A stretch of DNA of 64,000 nucleotides, taken from Octopus sinensis. Taxonomy: Eukaryota. The translations under genes were made by a program, and so were the position numbers. Shown here piece by piece: positions 49,701 through 63,559 of this stretch; the first letter of the stretch is position 1, and the number at the start of each line of letters is the position of its first letter. Location: positions 3,782,001 to 3,846,000 of the forward strand of contig NC_043020.1 of the NCBI RefSeq assembly GCF_006345805.1, in the 5' to 3' direction. The notes beneath the pieces were generated by a model. The model saw only the letters and a list, made by a program, of their open reading frames with translations. It was not told the DNA's origin and did no database searches.

Positions 49701-51379
49701 GCCAACAGATATCCTATATCTGTCTCTGACTTCATACAGGAACATAGGCCAGCTAAACATTGCAATCAGAAGACCACTGCCACCATCTACAAGGCTATCT
49801 GCAGGGAAGGACTCACCATTCATTTGGCTGATTCAGGACTGTCCTTGCAGAAACATCTATCAATGAGATGGTCACATGCAGCACAAAAGCCCTGAACTGT
49901 AATAAACTGTGTGGGACATCAATTACATCTATGTTAGGAGATCGACTATTGCTGTTACAAAAACACTGGAGAGTTTGAATGGATAACAGATCCTAGACTG
50001 TTCTTCATCATCATCATCATCATCATCATCGTTTAGCATCCGCTTTCCATGCTAGCATGGGTTGGACGGTTCAACTGGGGTCTGGGAAGCCAGAAGGCTG
50101 CACCAGGCCCAGTCTGATCTGGCAATGTTTCTACAGCTGGATGCCCTTTGTAACGCCAACCACTCCGTGAGTGTAGTGGGTGCTTTTTACGTGCCACCAA
50201 CACAGGTGCCAGGTGGGGCTGGCAATGGCCACGATCGGATGGAGCTTTTTATGTGCCACCGGCACGAGGCCAGTCAGGGCAGTGCTGGCAACAGCCACGT
50301 TCGTATGGTTCTCTTATGTACCACCGGCACTGGTATCACAGCTGCAATTTCCATTGATGTTGATCGATTTCAATTTTTTCTTGTCTTCTTTAAATGGGAT
50401 TTTGAGTCCAAAATACAAAGGCATTATTAAAGTTTCCACATTGGCAAAAGCTGTCTAATTTTGTTCCAATTTACAGAGTAATTAAGCTTATTCAGTAACA
50501 TTCTACAAGTTCTGTTACGTTTCTTGGCAATGCAAGAATATTGTCAGATTCAAAAACTTATTACTGTGTAGAGTGTTAGATTGTGTTGGAAAAATATTCC
50601 AGAACAGAGTAGTTTTTCTGATTAAATTCACAGAGATGTATAATTTGGGTTGTTGTTATCAAGACAGAGCCTAGTTTTACAGGATTTGAATTCAAAACAC
50701 AAAACGACATGACTAAAATCATGCAGCCAATTTTAATGTCAATTTAATTGCGTGTTAAACCATTAACATTTAGATTAATTTGTCAAATATAAAGTTTTCC
50801 TGTTTAGTTCACATTATTTTCAATTAATTATGCACCATCTCATAGCTTTTAGAGTTCAATAATCTGGTTGTTTGTTTTAGAATGACATTGAAGCAGAGGT
50901 GTGTGAGGCCAGATTGGGTCAGTTTGGACATAAAACAGGTAAAATATTTGGGTCAGATATGGCTAATTTAAATGCTAATGAGTTAATCTTAAATTTCTTT
51001 ACTATCATTTTCATTGAAACCTTTCCCCTCTATTTCATGATGGCTCACACACTATTTCTAGCTATTTGAATTCACAGGGAACTGATAAACTTGTTGTTGA
51101 ACTCAAAGCCACTCGGAATTGAGCAAAGCGTTTCAGTTGTGAGCGGACTGCCTGTGAATGTACAGCTACATTCATCAATGAGTTCTAGATTTCTATAATA
51201 TGTTAGATGGTAGGATATGAACTGAGGGAGATATGACTATTGTTTTTAGCAGGCTGAATAGCTGTGTAGATGTTCCTTTGTCATTGTGCGTGATAGTTTC
51301 TAAAATCTAAAATACATTGTGAGTAAAAATATAGGAATAAATGACATGTATGAAATGCAGGCTACATGTATCATGTAGA

Positions 51380-51603
51380 TGCTGTTACACATTAAATATG
51401 TAACATGAATTAAATACTTGCTGTGACACACATTAAATATGTAACATGAATTAAATACTTGCTGTGACACACATTAAATATGTAACATGAATTAAATACT
51501 TGCTGTGACACACATTAAATATGTAACATGAAATAAATACTTGCTGTGACACACATTAAATATGTAACATGAATTAAATACTTGCTGTGACACACATTAA
51601 ATA
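51380..51603. repeat. 41-bp minisatellite, about 5.5 copies
   Basis: TGCTGTGACACACATTAAATATGTAACATGAATTAAATACT starts at 51419, 51460, 51501, 51542 and 51583; shorter variant at 51380. Confidence 0.95.
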
Positions 51604-54600
51604 TATGTTGTTACATGCGTTAAAAACATAGTTACAGTAAAGTTTTCCCCAGAGTCAGATATGGATATGGAATCAGCAGAATGTTTGTCAAAGAGTAACT
51701 CAGAGTACGTGGAGAAATCAGAGAAACCCTAGTAAAGTGGAGACATAATGTTGAATCCCCTACTAATAACCATGGGAAAATCCAAACCATGAGTTTTTAG
51801 TTGGTTTGATCATTTTTAAAGGATTTCCCTTGTGGTTTGAGAAATAACATGAAAATTGTGAGTAACGCTAAAATAGTTTGGTTCATTTTAAAGACGAAAG
51901 AACAGAGGTCCATGCGGGGTCCCAAATACAAAATATTTATTTGGCATTAATAAAAATGTTGTTGTTATGACGAACAGGAGAAAAGAAGACATTTAAGGCC
52001 CATGAATCAGTTTATTTGTGTTTATGAGATCTGTGCATATCAGCAATGACAATAGCTGTTGTTGAATAGAACTGAATTTGTTATTGTCACATTCTGTAGC
52101 TGAAGTTGGCCTGGCTATTTTACAGCCACTGGTTAGTTAGCAAATAAAAGAAAAAACATACAGAGCTTAATCTCTTTTAAAGGAAAGGGGCCAAAGACAA
52201 AATTGTTAATGACATCCTGCTTCTATTAAAGATTTAAGAGGCCAGTTATTTACTGATGTCATTTATCCAAGACAGCATCTTGCTTGTTGTTATTTTCATG
52301 CATTATCACAAGGATTCAGGTTCGATTCTTAGGCAGTGAGTTGATATTTGGGATTCTAGCAAATATTCCTGTTACGTGTGCATAAAAAAGACAAAAGTTC
52401 TGATAGAAAGAATTTATAACAGTGACACAAAACCATAAATTTTTTAAAAGGGGGTCAGTTGAATATAGTGAGTATAGTGCTAGACTAGATTTCATTTTAT
52501 CAACAATGGTTGGCCTTGGTGGGGTTTTACATCAGAAACTAAAACAGCAAAGTAGTTTGCTTTGTGGGCCAATGTTTCCGCCAATCCACCAGGCTTTGTA
52601 AAATATTAACAACAGTAAGTTTGAATGTCAGAAATTATTTGAGGAATATAAAGATAAAATAAAGAGGAAGAGAGTAAAGTGAAGAGTGGGTGAGAGAGAA
52701 AGAGAGGGGGGTAGAGAAAGAGAGACAGAGAAAGAAAAAGAGTGAAAGAAGGTATGCGAAAATACAGAAAAGAGAAAAAGAAATAAGACATCAGAAGGTG
52801 AAAGCCATTGGTGACCTGCTAATCCTGGGTTTGGATTAAATAAACCTACTCTCGGTCGCTTGGGAAAAGATAATCTTCCACTTAAAGGATTAAGATTTCG
52901 GTATGTTGCATATCTATCTATCTATCTATCTCTCTCTATATATATATTTATAGATAGATAGATATGCAATCGAGGCAGTATTTAATTGTACAGCCATCCA
53001 TGTATCTATTTAATGTATATACTGTCGATAGGCCAATTACTGCAGTATTTGTCCTGAGATAATATCTCTTATGGGCTTATTGTGTTAAAAGCAGAATATC
53101 AGACAAATAGAGATAAGAATTCATCCCAGGGAGCTCACCAAATGCATTTTCTTTCTTTTCTTTTTTTTGGTAGGGGTAACCTGTTCAATGGCACACATGT
53201 GCAGTCAGCCATTTGCTCAGATAAGAGTTCATCATCTCTGTTACTGGAATAAGTAAATAGATTATTCACTAATGTTGTGAATAAATCATTTGCTAATTAG
53301 TCACTAAGAGACGATTAAAGATGATTACACGGCACCCACTACACTCACAGAGTGGTTGGCATTAGGAAGGGCATCCAGCTGTAGAAACTCTGCCAGATCA
53401 AGATTGGAGCCTGGTGCAGCCATCTGGTTTGTCAGCCCTCAGTCAAAATCGTCCAACCCATGCTAGCATGGAAAGCGGATGTTAAACGATGATGATGATG
53501 ATGATGTGGTCCAAAGGATAGAAGTGAGCTAAATCTTCCTTCTTATCAAGACGTACAAAATTTTTCAAAGATATATCAAGAGAAAGTTCCTCAATGGAAA
53601 AAGATAAAAGCCATGGCATTATTCCGTGGACCATCGAAATTGAAAATTCAATCAAAACACAAAGCTGAAACTATGAGACATAAACATCTGAGTTTACATT
53701 TGTAGCCCAGGGCATGGGTCAATGAATACAAAAGCAATGATAAGAGACATCCGAAATAACACAGATTCACGGTGAGCTCTTAATTTTGTATCACATTATG
53801 GATGCAGAGTCAAAGCAAGGTTAATGAGAGAAGCCTGGAGATGTCAAAAGAGATTTGGAAGTCCTAACCACACTTGAAGGCCACAAGACCATACTGGAAC
53901 TTTGTCTAATAGAAGGTATCAAAAGAAAGGGTATGAAATTAAGGATAGAGGGACAGAAAGCCCAGCTGTTACATCTGTCATTGTAAAACTCATCCCTATT
54001 TGAATTCCTTTTTATTATCACATCATAAATTATATAATTTTTACATGTTTCACTATCATATACTGATATGTAATCTATCTGCCTGCCTGCCTGATTGCCT
54101 GTCTGTCTGTCTGTCTGTCTCTCATTAATCCATGTTTTGCCCTTCCTCTTCTAAATCTTACTAAAAGTACACACAAAAAAAAAATAAATATAACTAAATA
54201 AATAACAATATATTGAAGTTAAAAACCAGGGAAGTTGTACTTTTAGAAGAGGCAGAATAGAAATCTTGTGTGTACTAAAATAGAGTAGAAACAGGACAGA
54301 AATCAGGAAATAAACCCATGTTTATACACCTGAGAAAAAAACTGGCCATTTAAGAAAGTGGAATGTTTCCATTGTGGAAAAACTGGACACGTAAAAGAAC
54401 ACTGGGAAACCAAGATGACAAAACGTTGGAACAAAGAAAAAAAAAGTAAACAAGATGTCCTCAGATCAGCCTCATAAGTATTTAGCCCTTCCCTGGTTGG
54501 CGGACACTTCCAACACTGCATGACCATCGTCCCATCATCAGACAACCTGTAAGTTTTAGATGTTTTGTTGTTGCTTAATTTATAACAATGTTCATTAAAA

Positions 54601-55344
54601 AAGAATTTTTTTTTTTCAATGTCATAATATATTTTTTCATCTGTGTAGGGATGAGCTGCACCTTTACATGTGAAAGTGAATTAACCTGCACTCATCTGCA
54701 TACACATAAATTGGCAAAGCATATTTATGCTGGCACATGAATTGGTTCAGATATATATTTCCAAACATACATTGTGGGTGTGTGTGTGTATAAATATACA
54801 TAAATTTGTCTGAAAGAAAAATATAAAATGACCCCCCCCCACCCCCACTGTTTTTATGTTTTATTATTACTACAATAAAGCAAACAGTTCCTTAATTGCT
54901 TTCAGTAATAATTCCAGTTGTTTGATCAGCTGAACAACCGATTAGGTTAGCATGAAAGGGTTAAAGTATTCCACTCTTAAAGGAATTAAAATTGGCCCCG
55001 TGAATTACTGGTATACTCCATATAATGGGCTTCCACACACACACACACACACACACACAGGTGAAGGAACATGGCCTAGTGGTTTGGCTGTTGTGCTCAT
55101 GATCGCTAGATTGTGGGTTCGGTACCCTGATGGGGTAGTGCGTTGTGTTTTTGAGCAAAACACCGCCTTTCACATTGCTCCAGTCCCCCTTTTAATCAAA
55201 GGGAATGTTGGCCTGCACGGTGGCATCTTTCGAAAGCCAAAACAATGCAAAAAAAATGCATTATGACCAATGATGTGTAACAACATCTGATAGCCTGGCC
55301 AGTCATGTGATCACATACACACACACACACATAATAAAAATAAA

Positions 55345-55388
<44 letters not shown>

Positions 55389-55568
55389 TAGGGAGTATAA
55401 CTCCAAACTTAGAGGGAAAAATTCTTTTTACTTATTATATATTGTTTATTCATTATTTTAGTACTTTTTGTGATCTAGTTATATGTTTTATAATATGTTA
55501 TTTTTTCTTTATGATTTGGTTTATGTCTATCATTGTTTGAATTACATAAAAGTGGTTTTTCTCTAATT

Positions 55569-55599
<31 letters not shown>

Positions 55600-56050
55600 G
55601 GCCTGGCCCTCTCAAGGTATGGACGACAATTCCTTTTGCTCCGCTCGTCGTTCATAAAAAATTCCACGTTCGCAATACTTTTTCTCGTTCGGCGTTAACA
55701 GCCCTTCTTATCTTGTTTTTCCTTGTCCTGTCTTTTACTGTTTGTGGTTTGTACTGTCGTTACTGTCCTGTTTTTGTTACCATTTTTTACCCCTCTGTGA
55801 AAAGATCTCAGAATTTTAATTGATTTGCTTTTCGTAGGAAGGAAAGTTTCTTGTCGAAGATACGTCTCGCTTTCACCTTCGAAACGTAGAGTAGATAAAA
55901 CCATAGCGACTGAAGAAGGGGTTTTTTCTTTGTGTTGATTGTCCTGTACTCTATTTTTTTGTTGTTTAAAAAAAATGTCCAGTTCCTTTGGTTTGTGTCT
56001 ATGTTTTCGTTTCTCATTGTGTTCGACGTCCTTTCGGTGTCCTGTACTCA
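55600..56050 (+). mobile_element. (TA)n-flanked, T-rich, CpG-rich short element carrying the permuted hammerhead (probable Penelope-like derivative)
   Basis: Bounded by TA-rich microsatellites on both sides; composition distinct from the flanks; no TIR or tRNA head seen. Boundaries approximate. Confidence 0.5.
55861..55921 (+). ncRNA. Candidate hammerhead ribozyme with non-circularly permuted strand order
   Basis: Stem III UACGU(55861-65)/ACGUA(55884-88); GUC cleavage triplet 55864-66; stem I UCGCU(55867-71)/AGCGA(55905-09); core CUGAAGA 55910-16; GAAA 55881-84; weak stem II GGGG(55918-21)/CUUC(55877-80). Confidence 0.7.
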
Positions 56051-56123
56051 TATATGCGTGTATATGTACATGTAGAGGTAGGTACGTACATATATGTTTA
56101 TATATATATGCATATGTTTTATT

Positions 56124-56169
<46 letters not shown>

Positions 56170-57627
56170 AGGCGAGAGAGAAAAAAAGAGGGAAATATAA
56201 ACATTGCAATTGAACTTATCCCTGCTTCGTACTCCCTCTCTGTAATATGCATCCATCATCTTTTAGCTTTTTTTACTTGCTTCAAGTCAATGGACTCCTG
56301 TCATGCTGGGGCACTGCCATGAAGGGTTTTAGCCAAACAAATCTACCCTTTCTGTCAGTCTCTTTTGCCAAACCACTAAGTTATGGGAATGTAAACAAAC
56401 CAACGCCAGTTGTCAAGCAGTTTTGGGGACAAACACAAAGATAAAGACACACACACACACGATGAAACAGGCTTCCACAGTCTCTGTCTACCAAATTCAC
56501 TCACAAGGCATTGGTTGACACTCATCAAGGTGTCACATTGTGAAACTGAACCCAAAACCACAAGGTCGCAAAGCAGGCTACTTACAAACACAGACATACT
56601 GTATGTGTGTGTTTGTAAACAGAATGCATTTGTAATCACATTAGAAATGTGGTTAGAAATGGGTTAAAATCAATGAAAAAATATAGATTTAACAACAAGT
56701 AGGCATAGGAGGGACTGAGTGGTAAGTTGCTTGCTTACCAACCACATGATTCTGGGTAAAGTCTCACTTCATGGCACCTTGGGCAAGTGTCTTCTACTAC
56801 AGCCTCGGGCCGACCAAAGCTTTTATGAGTGGATTTGATAGACAGAAACTAAAAGAAGCCTATATGTGTGTGTGTGTGTGTGTGTTTGTCCCCCCATCAC
56901 TGCTTGATAACCAAAGTTTGTGTGTTTATGTCTCTGTAACTTAGCGGTTTGGCAAAAGGGACCAATAGAATAAGTACTGGGCTTACAAAGAATAAGTCTT
57001 GGGGTCGACTTGTTCGACAAAAAAAGTGATGCTCTAGCATGGCCACAGTCAAATGACTGAAACAAATAAAAGAATAAAAGAAAGTATTCTTAAAATTTCT
57101 AGAATGTTATAAAAAGATAAAATGACATATTCTTTTAAAAACACGGGTATTAGATGTGTATACACACCTATAGAATAACATGATATATGTTCTTGTAGAA
57201 GAGTATCATATAATGACAATATGAAAAATGAATGGAATGGCTTGTCTGCTCCCTGACCTACATCTTGGATTACTAAGAGTACAGGTAAAAAACAAAAACA
57301 CAAATATTTGGGGGATTGTCTTGTGAAATCACTTGTTATGTAATATAAACATATTACATAACAACAAGAATGGTAACAACAACAATAATCCTTTTTAATA
57401 TAGGCACAAGGACTGAAATTTTGTGGGGAGGGGCTAAGCTGATTACAGTGACCCCCAAGGGCTCAACTGGTGCTTATTTTATTGATCCTGAAATATTGAA
57501 AGGCAAAGCGAACCTCAGTAGAATTTGAACTCAGACCATAAAGCTGAAAGAAATGCTGCTAAGGAATTTGGTCCAGTGTGCTAACAATTCTGCCAGAACA
57601 ACAACAATAATGGTTTCAAATTCTGGC

Positions 57628-57783
57628 ACATGGCCAGCAGGTTTGACAGGTTTGACATGGCCAGCAGGTTTGACAGGTTTGACATGGCCAGCAGGTTTGA
57701 CATGACCAGCAGGTTTGACAGGTTTGACATGGCCAGCAGGTTTGACATGGCCAGCAGGTTTGACATGGCCAGCAGGTTTGACA
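57628..57783. repeat. 18/27-bp minisatellite (CATGGCCAGCAGGTTTGA with CAGGTTTGA sub-duplication)
   Basis: Seven CATG(G/A)CCAGCAGGTTTGA units, three followed by an extra CAGGTTTGA. Confidence 0.92.
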
Positions 57784-58199
57784 GCAGGGCTAAGTCAATT
57801 TCATTGACCCCCCAGTATTTAACTGGAACTTATTTTACTGACACCAAAAGGATGAAAGGGCCAAACTGACCTTGGTGGAATTAGAACTCAGAATGGGAAG
57901 ATAGATGAAATGCTGTTAAGCACCAAAAGGGCCCAAGAGAGTGGGGATAGTGGCGAGGTTGAGATACAAGCAATGGTGGGGAAGAGGTTGCATTTGAGTA
58001 AAAAAGAGATGAATAATAAGAAAAAAAAGTCCCCAATGTTGGGAGGGGAGGAGGTAGGTAAGACCAGTTAAATCATCCGAGACACAAAGACTGATTTCCC
58101 TGTTAATCCTCTTGTGATTCCACTGCATCTATGAGTCCATAGCTTGCATCTTGTACATTCTAATGGAATTTCTACCAACACTTTATCTACATATCGAGG

Positions 58200-58760
58200 T
58201 AGGGCCATTTCACAGAAGGGATTAGTAATTTGCATGCCTTTTTGCCTATTAAGAATTTGGCCCGTGTTAAATTAACTCCAAGGCCCCTGGATCCCCGGCC
58301 TTGCTTCCACACCTGAAATTTCTTCTCTAATTCCACAACAGATTCAGCTGCAAGAACAAGGTCATCAGCAGAGACACTCTAATGGGTAACCAGTTTTAAG
58401 TTCCTCCTTTATGGCCTGAAGGACCAGACCCTGGTGAACTCAAAGCAGTAGACTAAATTTGTTGCTCTACTCATTGCCTACTTTCATCTAACTGACAACA
58501 TTCCTGTTTAGGACTTAGATGGCTCTCACCAGCCAATCATCAGCCCTTAGCTTCCATGGCAACCATGAGAGAGAGCAAGACCCTTGTCAAAAGCCTTCTT
58601 CATGTCGACAAATGCCAAGTAGAGATGTTTATTTTTGGCTAAATGCTTCTCCTGCAGCTGCTCTATTATGAAGATAGCATTCGTAGTCCTCCTCCCTGGC
58701 ATAAAATCAAGTTGCATTTCATCTGGATTAACTCTCTTCCTAATTTTAAGCATCTCAGTG
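58200..58760 (-). mobile_element. RTE LINE reverse-transcriptase fragments
   Basis: DEMQLDFMPGRRTTNAIFII..YLAFVDMKKAFD and ADDLVLAAES remnants. Confidence 0.85.
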
Positions 58761-59280
58761 GTAATTCCTGATGGACCAAGGGCTTTTACTGTCTTTGTAT
58801 TTTTAGTTCTTTATCAATCATACTGTTATCAACTTCAAAATCAAAATCAAATGGAAATCGTAGTTATGATACCCGTGCTGGTGGCACGTAACAAGCACCA
58901 TCCAAATGTGGCTGATGCCAGCGCTGCCTGACTGGCAGTGTTTCTACAGCTGGATGCCCTTCCTAACGCCAACTACTCCGTGAGTATAGTGGGTGCTTTA
59001 TACGTGCCACCGGCACAGGGGCCAAAGGAGGCTGGCAAATGGCCACAATCGGTTGGTGCTTTTTACGTGTAACCGACACTGACACCAGTCAGGTAGCGCT
59101 GGCATCAGCCACATTTGGATGGTGCTTTTTACGTGCCACTAGCACAGGTATCACAACTACAATATCTATTTGATATTCATTTTGATGTTGATGTACTTGA
59201 CTCAATAGGTCTCCTCAAGCACAGCAGGTCGCCCTACGATCCAAGGTTAGCACAGCAGGCTGTCCTGCGAGCCATGATCT

Positions 59281-59323
<43 letters not shown>

Positions 59324-59329
59324 TATATA

Positions 59330-59638
59330 TCACGTGATCACGTGACCGACCAGGCTATCAGATGTTGCTACACATCGCTGGTCACAATGCGCTTCGCATT
59401 GTTTTAGCCTTCAAAAGACGCCACCCCGCTGGCTAAGCGAGCAGGCCAACAGAAGAAAGAGTGAGAGAAAGTTGCAGTGAAAGAGTACAGCAGTGACTGC
59501 CGCCACCCCCTGCCGGAGCCTTGTGGAGCTTTAGGTGTTTTCGCTCAATAAACACTCACAACACCCAGTCTGGTAATTGAAATCGCGATCCTACGACTGC
59601 AAGTCTGCTGCCCTAACCACTGGGCCATTGCAGCTCCA
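59330..59638 (-). mobile_element. tRNA-headed SINE with CACGTGAT tail (second copy about 55060-55315, +)
   Basis: Minus-strand head GGAGCTGCAATGGCCCAGTGGTTAGGGCAGC; tail CATCTGATAGCCTGGTCGGTCACGTGATCACGTGA shared with the 55.3-kb copy. Confidence 0.75.
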
Positions 59639-60529
59639 TATATATATAATTCTTTTACAGTTTCTAATGACTGGACAGTAGCCCTGTATGGCACCACCTT
59701 CAAACATTTTAATCAAAGATACTGACCCCTAGTATTTCAGTCAGGTATTTTGCTTAGTTGCCTTTATTTATCAAATGACTATATTATGCTTTGAGACACC
59801 AGTGGTCTGACCCCAACTAAATATTACCCCAGACATTAACACACACACACACACTGATCAATGACAATCTTTCAAGTAGATTTCATTTAGAAAAAGGGAG
59901 TGAGACTGATTCCAGAGCTAATCTGAGAGGAATAGTAAGAGGTCTGACCCACACTTTTCTCTCATCCTCACAAACAGGTAATTAGAAACCAGAAAATATT
60001 TTCACAAGTAGTATTCAATAGCACTATCACAACTGCTGGTGCCATCCCCACCCCACCCCACGCACACACCCTTGTTACCTAGGCTAGCACCTACTAAGTG
60101 TCATATACCAAATCTTGTTATACCCAGTTATCTCAAATACTATCTTTCACCCCCCCCCGACAACACCCCCCCCAGCACATTCTCAAATTCTGACCCAGAC
60201 AACGCTATCTATAATACTGTTATCATCATCATCAACAACAGCATAAATAACATCATTCTCACCTTTGCACTCCCTAGCAACAGTACTTACAATAAACACC
60301 ATCAACAAGAGCAAAAGGACTTTTGAAATTGTCAGTCAACCTGCTAGTCAAGGTCGGATTGTCTTTGGTCAATGATCAGCTGAATCAGAGTTGATAAGGG
60401 TTTAAACAACAACAATAATATTAACAGACCTAATGAAGGGTCTTTTAAGTGGTCATGCAACCTGCTGGAAATCAGAGCCAAATTTCCTTCATATCTTACA
60501 CCTGACTATCTTAAAAATATATACTCTCA

Positions 60530-60900
60530 AGATGCTTATACTCTGTTGCACATGCATCCTGACATTGCACATCCAGTGAAGCATGCTAGCTTCATTTCTT
60601 ACAAGCTTATGCATGTGCTCGGCAGTCACGGCCCATGTTTCATTGCTATCTAGGACAGCTATTCATATACAGGCATCATACAGTCTGCTTTTAACTCTGA
60701 GTGAGAGGCCCTTTGTTGCCAACAGAGGTAGGAACTCTCTGAACTTTGCTCAGCCTATTCTTATTCTTGCAGCTATGCTCTCAGAGCATCCACCTCCAAT
60801 GCTGACTTGGTCACCTAGGTAACGGAAGCTATCAACTACCTCTAGCTTACCCCACTGGCAGTTGATGGAGTCTATTTTCTGTACATTTTTAGTGCCTACT
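60530..60900 (-). mobile_element. RTE LINE reverse-transcriptase fragment
   Basis: LEVVDSFRYLGDQVSIGGGCSESIAARIRIG..LSLRVKSRLYDAC remnant. Confidence 0.85.
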
Positions 60901-61494
60901 AGAGTACTCATTACTCCTTGGGTCACCTGAAAAATCTGGGTTTCCCAGCAACAGAGTTTTGGTTTGTGGGTGTTTTTTTCTTTTCCAGGTTATTTCATAT
61001 GCTTTCAACGAATGTGACATCAAAAACAGCTACTTTCTCCAGAAAAGGAAATATTTGGCTGCTATTTCTTGCATGCTCTGCTACCATGTAACAGGTATTT
61101 CAGATCCTTTATTGCAAATAGCTGTTATGTGGTAGGAGGGCATGATAGAAATAGCAGCCAAACCTTTGGCACTGAGATACGTTGAATGCACTTGAAAAAG
61201 TTTTGTAATGGTATTCTCTTTGGGCAATCTTTCACTTTGATTCTCAGAAACAATTCCTATCATAGCAGGCACATTAGGTATGGTAAAAAAATATTCAAAT
61301 ACATAACAAAAACACCAGGACTAACAAACACATATAACATATAGAAAATAGCACTACTAGGCACCGCACACATCCTACATAAAAAAAACACTTTCAATAC
61401 AGTGAAAGTAAGAGGATCACAACAGTACAACCCCCCCCCCAGTAGACAATATCTTCAATCAACAACCTCACAATATTGTATACTGTGCAACATC

Positions 61495-61618
<124 letters not shown>

Positions 61619-63559
61619 GTGTGGATAGAAGAAAGAATACTACTAGTGGCTCTGCAAAGAACACTAGTTATGGCTGATAACCAGAAACCTGGAATGAGAG
61701 ACTGAAGTATTAATTACAGAGACTCAGGAAGAAGGTATTAGGACAAATTGACAAAGATTGGAAAAAATTCAGAAAGCAAATGAAGAACCTACAGGAAAGG
61801 AGATAAAAGTATTAATCATTTCGTGCATGAATGCAATGCACTAGCACAAAAAGAGTATAAGTAGAGACTATGACTACAGAAGCTGATAATTTGATGTTTA
61901 AGAGCAATCGAAGTATGCAGAAATCCTTCATCATAGACACATACAGTGAGATTATCAAACTGTTGGCTGTGGTGGCAGTGGCATTGTCATCACTATCATA
62001 GCTAGCAGAAACATTAATGTGCTGGGCGAAATGCTTAGCAGTATTTCATCTGCCGTTACGTTCTAAGTTCAAATTCCGCCGAGGTCGACTTTGCCTTTCA
62101 TCCTTTCGGGGTCGATAAATTAAGTACCGGTTACGCACTGGGGTCGATGTAATCGACTTAATCCCTTTGTCTGTCCTTGTTTGTCCCCTCTATGTTCAGC
62201 CCCTTATGGGTAGTAAAAGAAATCAAAAAAAAAATCCCATCACCATCACTGTCATTACCATGTCCACATTCTTAAGCTGACATGGTATGGATAAGACTTT
62301 TTGGGGTAGTATTCAATGGCTGGGTGGCTTTTTTGACACTGCTTGTATGACAGTGACACTCATTTACAACCATCACACAATGTCAAGGCAACGAGACACA
62401 AACATACACACATATACAACAAGCTTCTTTCAGTTTCCATCAACCAAATATACTCGCAAGGCTTTGGTTGACCCATGGCTATAATAGAAGATACTTACCC
62501 AAGGCGCCATGCAGTAGGATTGAAACTGAAACTATGTGGTCGGAAAGCAAACATCTTAAGCCACACAGCCATTCCTGTGCCTATCAATAAATAGAACCCC
62601 CCCCCCCCCTTAAATGTGGGGGAGGGGTGAGATGGGTTTCTGTACAGGTTCCATCAATTAAACTCACCATGCACACTGTAGAGGTCAGCCGAATCTACAG
62701 TGGGATTGATCCCAAAACCATATGACTGCTAAGCGAGTCTCTTAACCACAAAACCATGCCTGAGCCTACCAACTTGCAGAGAAAAGAAACCTTTGAATAA
62801 TGTACTTCTAGATACACTACTCTCTGAAACAAACACACCATAGCTGGAATACCTCAATTCAGGCAGCCAGTTTAACCAACCCAACACTTCTACTTCTCTC
62901 TCTCTGCATGGTGGTCGTGGTGGTACACATAGATGTTTACATGACCTCTAACAGCCTGAAACAATCAACTTGATTTGAGTACTACTACTACTGCTATGGT
63001 GAGGTGAAGCACCACTTTTCTTTGGTTATCTATAACAACCTCTCATATATATAATCTAACCCTCATGCATGAAAAAATGTGGCTATCAAATACAAATAAC
63101 ATCACAGACACATACAGCTAATATAGTGTGTTGTATATTACAGCAGACACATTTCTTTCTATGATGTACATGCATGTACATCATATATAAATTAATCCAG
63201 ATGCACTTCTGCACACACAGATGCCAAAGCACACCACACATCTCACCTCGTATATAGACAAGTATATTCAGGGTGTTTAGATGACTTTCTCTTGATGACT
63301 TTTTATATCTTTTCTTTTTCAGGAACAGCAGCATTGGAAAGCATAAAGATTAACCCTTTAACCAATTACAATCCAAACCAGCCACAATCCAGACCATAGA
63401 TTCTACCAGTTGTATGTTGAAACTGGCCAGATCCAGCCTCTCACACCTACCTTGCAATGTCATTCTAAAAATAAACAATCACATCATTGAAATTTCAAGG
63501 TTCTGTGATAATACTTGATTAAATCAATATGAATGCTAAAGGGTGAAAGTTGTTGTTGA

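Noticed and set aside
51380-51603. Regular array resembling a CRISPR
   Set aside because: Pure tandem repeats with no unique spacers, no cas genes, and a eukaryotic context.
60989-61094. Plus-strand exon-like segment (TTTTCCAG|...ACAG|GT) with an open frame
   Set aside because: Its 3' half is one arm of a local inverted pair of a common repeat (TTTGGCTGCTATTTCT); no partner exons found.
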